Source: Macrostomum hystrix (lineage: Eukaryota > Animalia > Platyhelminthes). From it: DNA of 64,000 bases. The number at the start of each line of letters is the position of its first letter. The first letter of the stretch is position 1. A program made the translations under genes and the position numbers. Where the stretch lies: NCBI GenBank assembly GCA_950097015.1, contig CATNEN010000038.1, positions 1,116,001 to 1,180,000 on the forward strand. The letters run 5' to 3'. The notes under the pieces are model-generated. The model saw only the letters and a program-made list of their open reading frames with translations. It did not search any database and was not told where the DNA came from. Below, piece after piece: positions 12,017-37,171 of this stretch.

Positions 12017-13981
12017 GGCGGTGAGTGAGAGACTGCCGAACAGCTGATGAGTTAACTAGCCTGTTTCGCTGGCTTTCTAACTAAGCTGCAGTTATTTTAG
12101 ACGACTCAATCTCGGCCTAGTACTCGTCGATATCCCAAATGACCGACCCAAATGACCGACCGAAATGACCGTCTAAAGTCTGTCTTAAGTCTGAGTCTGT
12201 CAGACTAAAAAATGACTGAATCAAAATGAGCTATAGCAACACTGTGCATGGCCAGCAGACATCCATTGTTATTCGTGCCCTTTGGTTTAGATAAATATAG
12301 AAATACCTCAATGTAAAATAGCTAATTGTACATTTCTGTTTTAGAAAGCAAAACAAAGCAAACCGTTTTTTGTTGTGTCACTTTTTTGGCAAGTCGCTGT
12401 GACAGTGTTAGCCTGTTAGTTGGCATTGTACATAGTGAATATATTTATAATTCCTCATTCTCACCAACATTTATTGTTTTTCCTTAATTCATCATTTGTC
12501 CGTCTCATTGTTGCTCGCCAGCACACAATCGCCAATTTTTTACGTTGTTCAATGCGTTATTTTCATTTTGCTGACATTGCCACAAAGCACTTGACCACGT
12601 CACTACCGTAAACTATATTTATATAATTTATTAGTTTTTCTTTACAATATCTTCCGAAACTTTTTTGCACTATAAAGGCACTCGTTCCTTTTATGCTTGA
12701 ATGTTTAGTGCTTCTGCTGCAATTAAGAAGGCTCACTTGTTTTAGTTCATTTTTTAATTTGTTTCTTTTTGACTTTACATATCTATACACTCACACTATG
12801 TTTTGGTTTCTTAATTAATGGCATAGGAAATTTATGGTTTCACGGTTGCTATATACCGAAAGAATATGATAACTCGCTAAGAGCGCTATATATACACTAC
12901 ACTGATTTATATAAAGCAAAAATAAATTATATCCTAATAGAACTCTTCCGTTTTTAATGCTTAGGGTCCCGATATCTACAGATTAAAGTCCATTGGTAAA
13001 AATAAAGCAGACCGGGAATTTGCATTTTTATCTGTCCTAAAGAAACTGCTAAGGCCTGCTGTATGTGCTTATTCTAAATTTTCACGGCAATTGGTGCCAG
13101 TTTTTAGGTAATGATTTCAAACGTATGTTTGACGCTCGAATGTCAAATGGACTCCAGTTTACAGTACAGTTCAGTACAGTACAGTACTGTTAACAAAAAT
13201 GAACCGAAAGTACTAATATTAAAAAATAACAAAATGAAAAGAAATGTTTAAAAAACCATTGTTTAATTTTTTCTAAAATAAGTAAGCAAGACTAAGAGCC
13301 TTTTCATAACGCTAATTCCCCAACCAGAATCGGTTCTGAAATTCCAGGAAAAGTGTATGCTTAAGTTTTTTCCCCGTAACTTGTAAATGTAGTCGAAACC
13401 TTACTGGTAGATTTTAAGCTAACCTAATTTGTCATAATAAGCATTTAGCTTCTTTGTTGTTTATGTTTTTTTCGTTCAATTTTGCTGTGAAGTAATACTG
13501 CCTTTCTCTCTTTCTGTGAAATAAATTATGATAACGCTCATAAGTGAGTTTAAAATCACGGCTTAATTTAATGTAGTATAGCAAAAACTGCAAAATTTTT
13601 CTAAGCTTTTGATGATTGAAGACCTCTTTGATCTAAAAAAAAATTTAAGATGTAAAAACTCAACAAGATTGTGTATATCTTTTGTGAATGGTGTAAATTT
13701 TTTTGTTGGATTTAACTTGTATTACTTTGACATCATTAAATCATCTCATGTCCGTGCAATAAACAAATGAAAGTTTAAAACGAGTTTGGTATCTTTTCTT
13801 GGAATCTTGGTAGCTATGAAGTTATGACACAGACTTCAGTATACTTTCGTAAAATGCGTATTAGTCTCAAAACGGGAAAATGAATATACAGTTGATAAAA
13901 AATGTACTGTCTCGCTATGTCTCTAATTTATTTGCAAAGTTGAAAAAGAAATTATTATAATTTCTTCATATATGATATATG

Positions 13982-14176
13982 CATACATGTGCAACCTCCC
14001 AAATCTTAGCCTTAGTTCGTTTCGTTGCTCTATTTACGACTTAGTTTGCTCTCATTTGCTCTCTTTTTCTCTCCCCTTTTTCCTCTTATTCACGCCTTCA
14101 TTTTTTGTCCCTTGGTCCCCCCTTTGATTTTTTTGCGCTTGGTCGATTGGTTTTTGCAACTTACCTTGCTTGGCCC
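13982..14176. mobile_element. Truncated inverted copy of the 17771-18051 MITE
   Basis: Starts CATACATGTGCAAC; about 190 bp are the reverse complement of 17822-18051. Confidence 0.85.
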
Positions 14177-14481
14177 ATATGTAAAATAGGACAAGATGTT
14201 ATCAGGATTAAAAAATTAAATAATATATAGAATGTTTTTTGGCAATTTCCTAGTTTCGCTGCCTTCGAATGTAAAATTATGTGGCACAGTTGTGCTAAAG
14301 TCTTGTGGCATGGCATATAGTGTATGGAATAAAGGTCTTGGGGTGATAAGAGTGAAGGGATGGGATTAGCTACAAATACCATGGCTGGTTGACCTTTAGC
14401 ACCAACAACAATTGTGCAGCCTATGGACTTCTTAACAATCTAAATCTAAACAACCTCTGCAACATTGAGTGTAGGCCTACA

Positions 14482-14640
14482 ATGCAAGAGATGGCAGCGC
14501 TAACCATTGAAAAGCAGAGCACAATGAACTGGCTCATTAAATATCAGCTATTGCCAAATGCCTGACACTGTGAAACCTGCCCTACCCAACTGGCCATGCA
14601 CTACCAATGTTCAGAAGGTGGCCATCTACTACAGAAACTG
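14482..14640 (+). pseudogene. Possible decayed Merlin/ISXO2-like transposase N-terminus
   Basis: Hand translation MQEMAALTIEKQSTMNWLIKYQLLPNA*HCETCPTQLAMH fits a WLxxxxLL..CxxC..M pattern, with an in-frame stop. Confidence 0.3.
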
Positions 14641-14717
14641 CTAAAGCATTTAATACTACTTAATATCATTTAAGAAACAAAATATTGACATTATAAGCTT
14701 TTATAGACATTTAACTA

Positions 14718-15510
14718 TCAGTTCTTAACTTGTTCTGTTGCAATACTATGTAAACATACAATTTCAAACAGATAATAATTAAACATGCAAAACTAGGAAA
14801 TTGCCTGTTTTTCTTTAAACATACGAGTTTGAGTAATTATTACTATTAGGAATGCAGTTAATGTTTAAATACAAAAAGTTATATTTTCTATTATAAAGAA
14901 ATTTTTGTGAAAGGCAGATTTACACAGCTTAGAAACTTTGTCCGACTCGGAATATGCCAACACTTATTCTGACAGTTAATGTGTTATACTTGTAGCACGA
15001 CTTGAAAGTCAGTTTGTTTAAATTTTACACTCTCAGACAGTTATTCCGACTTGCAATTAACTGTTGGAACTTTTTATTCGGACAGCTTATTTTGAGTTGG
15101 AATAACTGTCTGAGTCTCTCTAAGAGCTTATTAGATGTATGCATGTAATTTCGAGTTGGAATAACTGTTGGAATATGCTGACAGGCAACAGGTAATGTAT
15201 AACACATTAACTGTCAGAATAAGTGTTGGAATATTCCGAGTCAGACAAAGTTTCTAAGCTGATTTTCACCAATGTATTTTTGTGAATGTTTAACTCAGTT
15301 CTTAACTTGTTCTGCTGCAATATAATTTAAACCACAATTTCAAACAGAAAATAATTGAACATGCAAAACTAGGAAATTGCCTGTTTTTCTTTTAACATAT
15401 GAGTTTGACTAATTATTAGGAATGTAGCTAATGTTTAAATACAAAAAGTTATATTTTCTATTATAATGAAATTATTGTGAAAAGGCAGATTTTCACAAAT
15501 GTATTTTTGG
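14718..15510. repeat. ~240-bp direct tandem duplication (first copy interrupted by the MITE)
   Basis: 14718-14920 plus 15262-15295 closely match 15296-15510. Confidence 0.8.
14925..15261. mobile_element. MITE with ~64-bp terminal inverted repeats
   Basis: cagcttagaaactttgtccgactcggaatat...gtgttata (from 14925) is inverted at 15198-15261. It interrupts one copy of a local direct duplication. Confidence 0.8.
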
Positions 15511-17770
15511 AAAGCTTGCATATATTTTAGGCATTCACCTAGGCACTCACTATATGTACCCTAGTTATAGCTTTTATGACTTAAATGTTTAAAATAAATT
15601 GAAATTTACCATCTACATGATAGTAGGCCTAATGTGTAAATTAATAAAGAAATTGATGGTAAAATATTATGTTATGAAATTACATAATTGTTATGTCAGT
15701 CAATGTCTATCAGTATCAAATGGAACCAAAGTATCAAATGCATTGATTGCAGACAAGGCACTACTGATACACAGTTATATGCCCAGCCCCACACAAGCAA
15801 TTAAAAACTGCTATAGTAGTTATAAGTTAGACAATGTCATTATAAATGCATTGCAGGTCTGAAGGACCTGACATAATTTAAGGTGATAATAGATCTGTAG
15901 GCAACAAAATGGTAATTTTCAATTACTCTTCAGTGCACACAGATATTTAATGTAGGTACACATCCATACAAGTGTGTAAATCTGCCCTGACCTTATTATC
16001 ATGAGGCAGTGTCTGATGTCACTGTACCTTGAGGTTTAGCCCTCATGGATTATAAGCAAAAAAGCTACCTCTTTTTGGCTACTCATAAAATATGAATATA
16101 GCCCTGTTGTCAAAATAAACAGCACCTTGGTCATAAGGTCTTGCTATTATTTTGCTGCAATTTATGATTTTTTTGCTAATGAGTTAGTGTATTTCTCTTA
16201 TTGTAAAGGTAGTAATGCATTTTTGGGGTGATGATAAGTGAATAATTATAAGTATTAGTATTGGTTGAGGCATATGCCACATAGTGAGAATTTATCTTGC
16301 TATTTAAGTGGAACTGGTATCTTGTAATACCTAAACACTTTACTCTTAAACTCAAGTTAGCTTGTAAATTCGTACCATTGTTTAGTACTATTATTTAAGT
16401 ATGATAATGGATTAATGGTCTGATTTATTTTTATACAGTTTTTATATATAGTCATGCTTTGTTATATCCAGTTGACTAAATTATAAATAGGCACTTGAAA
16501 ATTTAGGTCAAACAGGTTGTCAGTAACAATTTTCAAATCTACAGCAAAAAGGCTAATGTTTATTTTGGCTATAGGCTATAATAATCTGGATCAAAATATG
16601 AAACAATATGTATGTTACTATGCAAGTGTATAGATGCCTGCCAACAGTTCACTGATGTTTCCTTCAGGACATTCAACATTCCAAAAGTGATTACAGCAAA
16701 AAATCAAGCAAGCAGTGATTTTCCATTCCAAAAATCTGGCAAACCCTGTAAGTCCCATGTCAATTACTATATATATATATATATATAGCAGTTAGGAGCT
16801 CATCATATTTTGTAAGATTAGGTCGGCATTTCAAGGCATACATTTCAACAAATCATCAACATCACAAATTCGGAATGGTTTTGGTTTTTCAAATTAGCAA
16901 TTTGAACAGGCTGAGAGCTCAGTGTAAAATTAGTGTCAGGTAAAACAAAAGCTAAGATAAAAATGTGCTGCACGAATTTGACTACACCAAACTAAAAACT
17001 TGACTAATAATGATTACATGCTAGCATGCTTATAAGGACATTGCTCCAATTAGAAAACCATTGATTTATATTTTCAAGGGAACTTTCATTTTCATTAATA
17101 ACAACTGATGAAACAGAAAAAAGACTGAAATCTATGTTTTGAACAGTTAAACACTTACACAACAAGAAAAGGAATTTACCATCTGAGAACTGTCTACCTA
17201 TACAATTCTAGCTCTTGCGGATGTCTTCTTTTGGTTTTATAAAGCCTGAACCTTGCATAGACAAAATGGCCATAACTAATTCTCATAACCAAATCAGTAA
17301 TTGGAAAGAAATTACCTACCTCACCATTATTCTACATTTTTTGGCTTTCCTAGGATTATTTCAACTATAATGTCCTCTTCACTCTGGTGGTCCTTTGTCC
17401 ACCAACCTTAAGCCTGGTCATTCTACCCAAGTGGGTGTACACACACAAAGAAACATTGGCAAATGATGGTGGGCAAACAGGCGCCTCCTGTATAGATAAT
17501 ACTTGAATATACTGGGACTGGGCTACATGTAGCTTAGCTATTAGTGCTTAGATTGCCATTACTGTGTGAAGAGGTTCTAATCTGATTTTTTTCAATATTA
17601 AGCTATAGAAGTAGGTATATTGTCAACTAAACTTTGTTATCTTGGTGCTTTGTAGATGTTTATAATGCCACTCTTCTACTTGAATGTTTGTTCTGATGAT
17701 CATTCCATGCTCATTTATATCTATGATAAAGTAGATTAGATTATTTTGCCAAGGGCTAAAATATTTAAAA

Positions 17771-18051
17771 CATACATGCGCAACACCTGGCCAACCCGGC
17801 CGAACCGGCCGGGTGAAACGAGGGCCAAGCAAGGTAAGTCGCAAAAACCAATCGACCAAGCGCCAAAAAATCAAAGGGGGGACCAAGGGACAAAAAAGGA
17901 AGGCGTGAAGAAAAGGAAAAAGGGGAGAGAAAAAGAGAGCAAATGAGAGCAAACTAAGTCGTAAATAGAGCAATGAAACGAACTAAGTCGCAAATGAGAG
18001 CAAAAACTAAGTCGCAAGGCCGGCTAAGATTTGGGAGGTTGCGCATGTATG
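17771..18051. mobile_element. hAT-type MITE (281 bp)
   Basis: Perfect 14-bp TIRs CATACATGCGCAAC / GTTGCGCATGTATG flanked by an exact 8-bp TSD ATTTAAAA (17763-17770; 18052-18059). Confidence 0.9.
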
Positions 18052-19460
18052 ATTTAAAATATGTTTAAATTTGTTAAAATATGTCTAGAAATATTCTTAT
18101 TATTTAAATTACTAAAATTATTTTTGTATACTATAGCTATTTAACATTGATTACTAAACTAAATTACTTTAATTCAGAGTAGATGTATATTCAACTGTAC
18201 ACTAAACAACAAGCCTTTGCCTTATAAGTATTAATCTGGAATTCAGAGCCAATTAATATACTGTGTGCTAAACATTTATAATGTTTACTCAAATTCAACA
18301 TCTTTTTTTCTCAGAATCATTGTCAATAATGTTTAATCAAGTCTTTTTAACAAAGGTCTTTTTAAACTTGAACTTTATCTTAAACTGACCTTAAAACTTT
18401 TTTGTGTTATTGTGTTATTTATAATATTTTATTTGTTACTTTTGCTTATTATAACACATTCAGTACAGTAGCTCCTTATGTATTTATAAATTGAAGGTTT
18501 AATTAAAAAGTCATTTACTTTTCTAGTTGGCCTCTGATTATATTTTTTTCTGAAAAGAGGCAGTCATTGGTAGGCCTCTTCAATTTAGTCTTTTGTAAGC
18601 AACACTTCAGTGCTAAATGATGAGGAACTTGTTTTAATTGGCTATTCTGCTTGTTGATGAAGCGGGTTAGTTTTGTAAAGCTTCAGAAATGTCGCTGTGG
18701 TAAGATTTTAGTTTTAAGTCCTCCTCAGTTTTATGCAAGCAATTTGCTGATGGAACAGAACCAGCAGCAAAATTATGACACTTTCTATTTAGAATTCCAT
18801 GCGCTGTTTCCTGTTCATTGGTTGGCTTAATTTGAGATTTCTCGCATTCTGTACCACATTGACTCCCTATTTTATTCACATTTATAGTTAGCACTTGAAA
18901 TTTTCTTAATTAACTTTTATTTATAAAGTGCCTGTCAACTAATTGTGCCGCTTTGTATCCTATAAATTGAGCACACGAGTTAGACTGACCACACGGTCAA
19001 TCTGACCGGATGTCCTTGCTCACCAGCCTTTGGAAGGAAAATGCTATGGACAACAATTGGGTCCCTGCGCTCCTATTTGGCTTATAAGTAGATTCTCTTC
19101 CAATGGCTTTCGCGGTCCTGTCCTATTGGCTGGCTATTGGTACCAAGTGAAACTTCACTGCCACTTATAAGAGCAGAGAATTGCTTACTGCACTTCTTTA
19201 CTAGGCTTAGCTTGCAATTAGAGTAAAGGCAAAGTCCCATGAAACTGCCAGCCTGCGCTGCATTGTCTAAAGACAACGAGGCCATTGCCTCCCGCTGTTT
19301 GCATCGTTGCAGAATCTGCAGCGGCCACAACAGCAACAGCAGCAACAGCCGCTGCAGTAGCTGTACAAGCACCAGTAACAACAGTAGCAACAGCAGCAGC
19401 GGCTGTAGCGGTGTCGCCAGCAATTCTCACTGCTGCTGCTGTTGCTGCTTACGCAATAGT

Positions 19461-31580
<12,120 letters not shown>

Positions 31581-31779
31581 CTGCGTCTCACGCTTTTTTC
31601 GTCTTCGACTCATCATTGCATGCTCAATTTTGCTTGCTGAACGAAGACGCGCTGTTTTAAGTCTTGATAAGCTCTGTTCTTAATAAACTTGATTCTTAAG
31701 GGCCGTTTCAAATTCAACAATTCGATTACCATCACATGGTGCACGAGATCTGGCCGATAAGTCGCCTTCTTGGATTCTG

Positions 31780-32102
31780 CACTCTACTCTGCAACTTCTA
31801 CTCTACACAGTATACCCACTGTTTACTCTCTGTACCCAATATCTACTTTCTCTCTGCCCAATATCTACTCTCTTTACCCAATGTCTACTCTCTCTCTGCC
31901 CAATATCTACTCTCTTTACCCAATGTCTACTCTCTCTCTGCCCAATATCTACTCTCTTTACCCAATACCTACTCTCTACCCAATATCTACTCTCTCTTCC
32001 AAATATCTACTCTCTCTTCCCAATGTCTACTCTCTCTTCCCAATATCTACTTTCTCTACCGAATATCTACTCTCTTTAATCAAAATCTACTCTCTCTACC
32101 CT
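31780..32102. repeat. 20-22-bp pyrimidine-rich minisatellite (ctactctct...cccaatat)
   Basis: Seen directly. Confidence 0.9.
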
Positions 32103-35100
32103 TTTTTCGACTCAACCCCTATATATTATGTCTACCCTCCAATCCCCACTACAATACTCGTGGTTTTCTGAAACCTTTCGAAGCCACGTGGTTTCTTAAG
32201 AGAATGTGCAATAGCTTCAGGCGAATTAACCTGCAGATTATGTATTTATTGGCCTATCTCTCAAGTCATGATGAGTTCTCTACCTGTTTTACAAGATCTA
32301 ATTATAGAACGACCCAATCGTGATCGCACAGCGGTGCAAATCATGCACCAGCTCTAGCAATATTTGTTTTGCTGTTCTGCAATGCACGACATTTTTCTCC
32401 TGACGTTATTTTTCGAGTAGAAACTGATCCACAAGCCTGATATGGCAGTGCGCTAAGCTATCACTTATTTTAAACGAGTCATTGTGACAGATGCAGCAGC
32501 TCAAGCGAAAATTGCTGAGCAGCGGAAAATAAAAATATCCCCGAGTTCGCCATTTCACTGGCTTTGGCGTCCTTTGTTTGGGATCCGCCCTGATCTCTGA
32601 GTTGCCCATTGTTGCTTAAAAATCGGTACATTATAAATAGCTAATTATTGCCCTCTGCATCTTACTCAACTCCATATCACAATCGAGTCTATTTCTCGCC
32701 TATTCTACTCTGCTACTTATCCGTAATTTCCTAAATCATAAATGTTAATCCCTATCTCATCATCTGTTCTTTATCTTCCGTTTTTCTAATCTCTGTGAGT
32801 ACCTTCATTGTAATAGTTATCCAGAAGTTAATGGTTTAGCTGCATCTCCGAAATAATACTTTGCTGTTTTTATAAATACCGGACCCCCTACTGCAAGCTT
32901 TCTAGTCAAAATTAGATGCAGTTCTGAACAAAATAGTTTCGGCGGACCCGACAATTTTTCTATATAATTTTACTCATTCTTCAGCTTTTCCATGCTACTT
33001 ACTCTACTGAAGTTTTTCTAAGTAGTATATACCGTGTATGTGTGTATTTCTTTTTATGAGCCTTTTTATTGAAACTGTTTTTTTTAACTCCTAGCTGCTG
33101 TTTTTGTTAATTTTATATTTTTAGCTCTCGTTCACTTCTTCAAGACCGCCTCATGGACCGTGTTTACTCGCTGAGAATTGTTTTCTTTTTTAGATTGAGT
33201 TTAGCTTTACTGGCTAAAATATTTGCAGCTTCCCATTTAACTGATGTGCCTGACTAAAAAAGTGTAAGAATGGGATTCGTGGTCAGAATCCCGCTTGTCG
33301 CGCTGCCTCATTTATCGCCTCCCTTGACTCTCTGTCTATGAACTTTCAGCTTCAAAAGTATTTTGCTTCATAATCCCAGCAATCATGCTCATTTTTTGTA
33401 TATTTTTAAAGTTATTTTTGCCGTCTCCATTTGTAATTTTTTTTAACTGGTTTGAATTTGAGGGGTTTACTAGATGATGCGAACGAGAAGAAAGACGATA
33501 ACAAGCAAAGTTATGTCTGTATATGATAGGCTGGGATAGAGAGTGGGATTGGACGGCATGGAGAAATGAGGGTGTGAAAATTCTTGGGGTGGCTGGCTGA
33601 AAAGCGATCGATAGATAGTGGAAAGAGAAATTCCAGGGTTGAGCCAGAGTTTATGGGGGGTTTAGCGCGAAGTGGGACGGAAATAATCGATAAACAATAG
33701 CGTGAATCGCCACTTTAACTGTGACCCAATCATTGAGCGAATTAAAAACATAGCAAATTGTTCTTTAATATCTATAACGGGCGTTCGTTGAAGTTTTTTC
33801 GACTTATTTTCCCTACTGTCTCATTCACTCGTTCACCAAGGCCTTCGATACTGAAATTTCTTAGGCTTAAATTTTGCTTCTTGTTTTTGTGACTTTTTGT
33901 ACTTTTAAGTGTAATAAAAACATCATGCATGCTTTTGCAATACTGCTTCTCTGCTATACTTGTGTTTATTATTTATCGGATTTATTTATCGATTCTGCTA
34001 ATTTTAGTTAAGATTCGACTGTCTTTAGCTGCTGCCCTTATAAGTGATTGTTGGGCGTTTTTCATTACCCCCTAATACTGTTTCATTTGTATTATTTGTG
34101 TTTTTCTATTACCGGCCTTTGAATCTGTCTACAGCTTTTTTGTCTCCCATTTTCTCTTCTCTTTAGATATTCGTGTTGCTTCTGCTGCAGCAAAGTATTA
34201 CTGTGTGCATATGTTACTTGTCAACTTGACGCAATATTACTATTTTATACTGACAGCTGATCGTTGCTAAAGCTTATAAGCAAACACATATACAACTTGC
34301 TCTTATTTTTAGTTTTTATTTAGTTTTTTTTTAATGTATGTGCAAAATTTTCTCAGCTGGTGGGAATGCTATTCTCTCAAAAAATTGTTTGTCGATGTTT
34401 TATCTACATGCGTTTGTCGCTTTTGTCTCTTTAAACCAGTCATGATTTGCTTCCTCTAATTGATGTTTCTTGTCAAGGAAAATCTTTTGAGATTTTGTTT
34501 ATGTATCCATTTACTAAAAGACCGTGATTCAGGTTTTGGATCAGGCTTCTCTCTGCTTCGCACCTTTTACACTCATTAACTGGCCAACCTCTTCTCTTCA
34601 ATGTACATTCTCTTCACTTGAATGTACATTCTCTCTAGGCCGACCCCTTAATCTCTCACGTTTAATTAATGTACTGCCGGTCAACCTTTTCCCATCAATG
34701 TACATTCTCGCCAAGCCGACCCTTTTACCCATCACGCTTGAACACGCTGCCAGGCCAATCTCTTTACTTTATGTACATTCACCCGATTGGACAACAACCC
34801 CTTGTGTAAGAACACTCGCCGGCCAATCCCGTCCTTCATTTAGTAAGCCCATTCTTTGGCCCACCTCATGCCCATGTACATTATCTTAGTGTCCCTTTAA
34901 TTTCTAATTCTTAATTAAGTTTTGGGATTTCTCCAGTTTTTTCTCTACCTCTCGCAATAAAACGTCTCCTCTCATTCTCTTCCTCTCTTTGTTCTCGTTG
35001 TGCTTTGCTCTCAAAGGTATATACGAGTATAATATTTAAATATTTGTCATATTGATTTCTGACGAGCCAAGAACTATATGCCTACTATTTAAACATACTA

Positions 35101-35274
35101 CATATGTATGTATGTATTGTCGTACACATCCTCGAATACATAAACAATATAAAATTATTACATGTACATGTTGCAGTGCGTTTCTGCGTCTTATTCACCT
35201 GTTGCCCACATTTTGGGCCTATTTTTGCTTTTTATGTTATTCGTCAGGTAAAAAAGAAAAATATAGGTATTCTT

Positions 35275-37012
35275 GGTCCTCCATGGCTAGAATATAAGAG
35301 ATTTGAGTCCTCCATGGCTAGAATATAGGAGATTTGAGTCCTCCATGGCTAGGATATAGGAGATTTGAGTCCTCCATGCCTAGAATATAGGAGATTTGAG
35401 TCCTCCGTGCCTAGAATATAGGAGATTTGAGTCCTCCATGGCTAGAATATAAGAGATTTGAGTCCTCCATGGCTAGAATATAAGAGATTTGAGTCCTCCA
35501 TTGCTAGAATATAAGAGATTTGAGTCCTCCATGGCTAGAATATAAGAGATTTGAGTCCTCCATTGCTAGAATATAAGAGATTTGAGTCCTCCATGCCTAG
35601 AATATAGGAGATTTGAGTCCTCCGTGCCTAGAATATAGGAGATTTGAGTCCTCCATGGCTAGAATATAGGAGATTTGAGTCCTCCATGGCTAGAATATAG
35701 GAGATTTGAGTCCTCCATGGCTAGAATATAGGAGATTTGAGTCCTCCATTGCTAGAATATAAGAGATTTGAGTCCTCCATGGCTAGAATATAGGAGATTT
35801 GAGTCCTCCATGGCTAGGATATAGGAGATTTGAGTCCTCCATGCCTAGAATATAGGAGATTTGAGTCCTCCGTGCCTAGAATATAGGAGATTTGAGTCCT
35901 CCATGGCTAGAATATAAGAGATTTGAGTCCTCCATGGCTAGAATATAAGAGATTTGAGTCCTCCATGGCTAGAATATAAGAGATTTGAGTCCTCCATGGC
36001 TAGAATATAAGAGATTTGAGTCCTCCATTGCTAGAATATAAGAGATTTGAGTCCTCCATGCCTAGAATATAGGAGATTTGAGTCCTCCGTGCCTAGAATA
36101 TAGGAGATTTGAGTCCTCCATGGCTAGAATATAGGAGATTTGAGTCCTCCATGGCTAGAATATAGGAGATTTGAGTCCTCCATTGCTAGAATATAAGAGA
36201 TTTGAGTTCTCCATTGCTAGAATATAAGAGATTTGAGTCCTCCATTGCTAGAATATAAGAGATTTGAGTCCTCCACTAGAATATATTGCTAGAATATAAG
36301 AGATTTGAGTTCTCCATTGCTAGAATATAAGAGATTTGAGTCCTCCATTGCTAGAATATAAGAGATTTGAGTCCTCCATGGCTAGAATATAAGAGATTTG
36401 AGTTCTCCATTGCTAGAATATAAGAGATTTGAGTCCTCCATGGCTAGAATATAAGAGATTTGAGTCCTCCATGGCTAGAATATAAGAGATTTGAGTCCTC
36501 CATGGCTAGAATATAAGAGATTTGAGTTCTCCATTGCTAGAATATAAGAGATTTGAGTCCTCCATTGCTAGAATATAAGAGATTTGAGTCCTCCATGGCT
36601 AGAATATAAGAGATTTGAGTTCTCCATTGCTAGAATATAAGAGATTTGAGTCCTCCATGGCTAGAATATAAGAGATTTGAGTCCTCCATGGCTAGAATAT
36701 AGGAGATTTGAGTCCTCCATGGCTAGAATATAGGAGATTTGAGTCCTCCATGGCTAGAATATAAGAGATTTGAGTTCTCCATTGCTAGAATATAAGAGAT
36801 TTGAGTCCTCCATGGCTAGAATATAAGAGATTTGAGTTCTCCATTGCTAGAATATAAGAGATTTGAGTCCTCCATGGCTAGAATATAAGAGATTTGAGTT
36901 CTCCATTGCTAGAATATAAGAGATTTGAGTCCTCCATGGCTAGAATATAGGAGATTTGAGTCCTCCATGGCTAGGATATAGGAGATTTGAGTCCTCCATT
37001 GCTAGAATATAG
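35275..37012. repeat. 31-bp minisatellite (gagatttgagtcctccatggctagaatataa) upstream of USP14
   Basis: About 55 units. Confidence 0.97.
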
Positions 37013-37171
37013 AAAAGAAGTGGGTATTTAATCGCTCGTATTATGCAAATTAAGTTATTAAAATGTTACGAATTTCTTCGTTTTTTATTAATTCCAGCCA
37101 GTAATTACATTTCACTGAGAGATTCTTAGCATTGCTGACCCTAGCAACAAGAGTAAGCAAAACTCTAGACA

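Noticed and set aside
19239-19460. Cys/Ser/Asn-rich N-terminal extension of Syk as a metal-binding domain
   Set aside because: It derives from CAG/CAA/TGC triplet repeats. ATG 19461 directly precedes SH2-N, so this is more likely 5' UTR, though not excluded.
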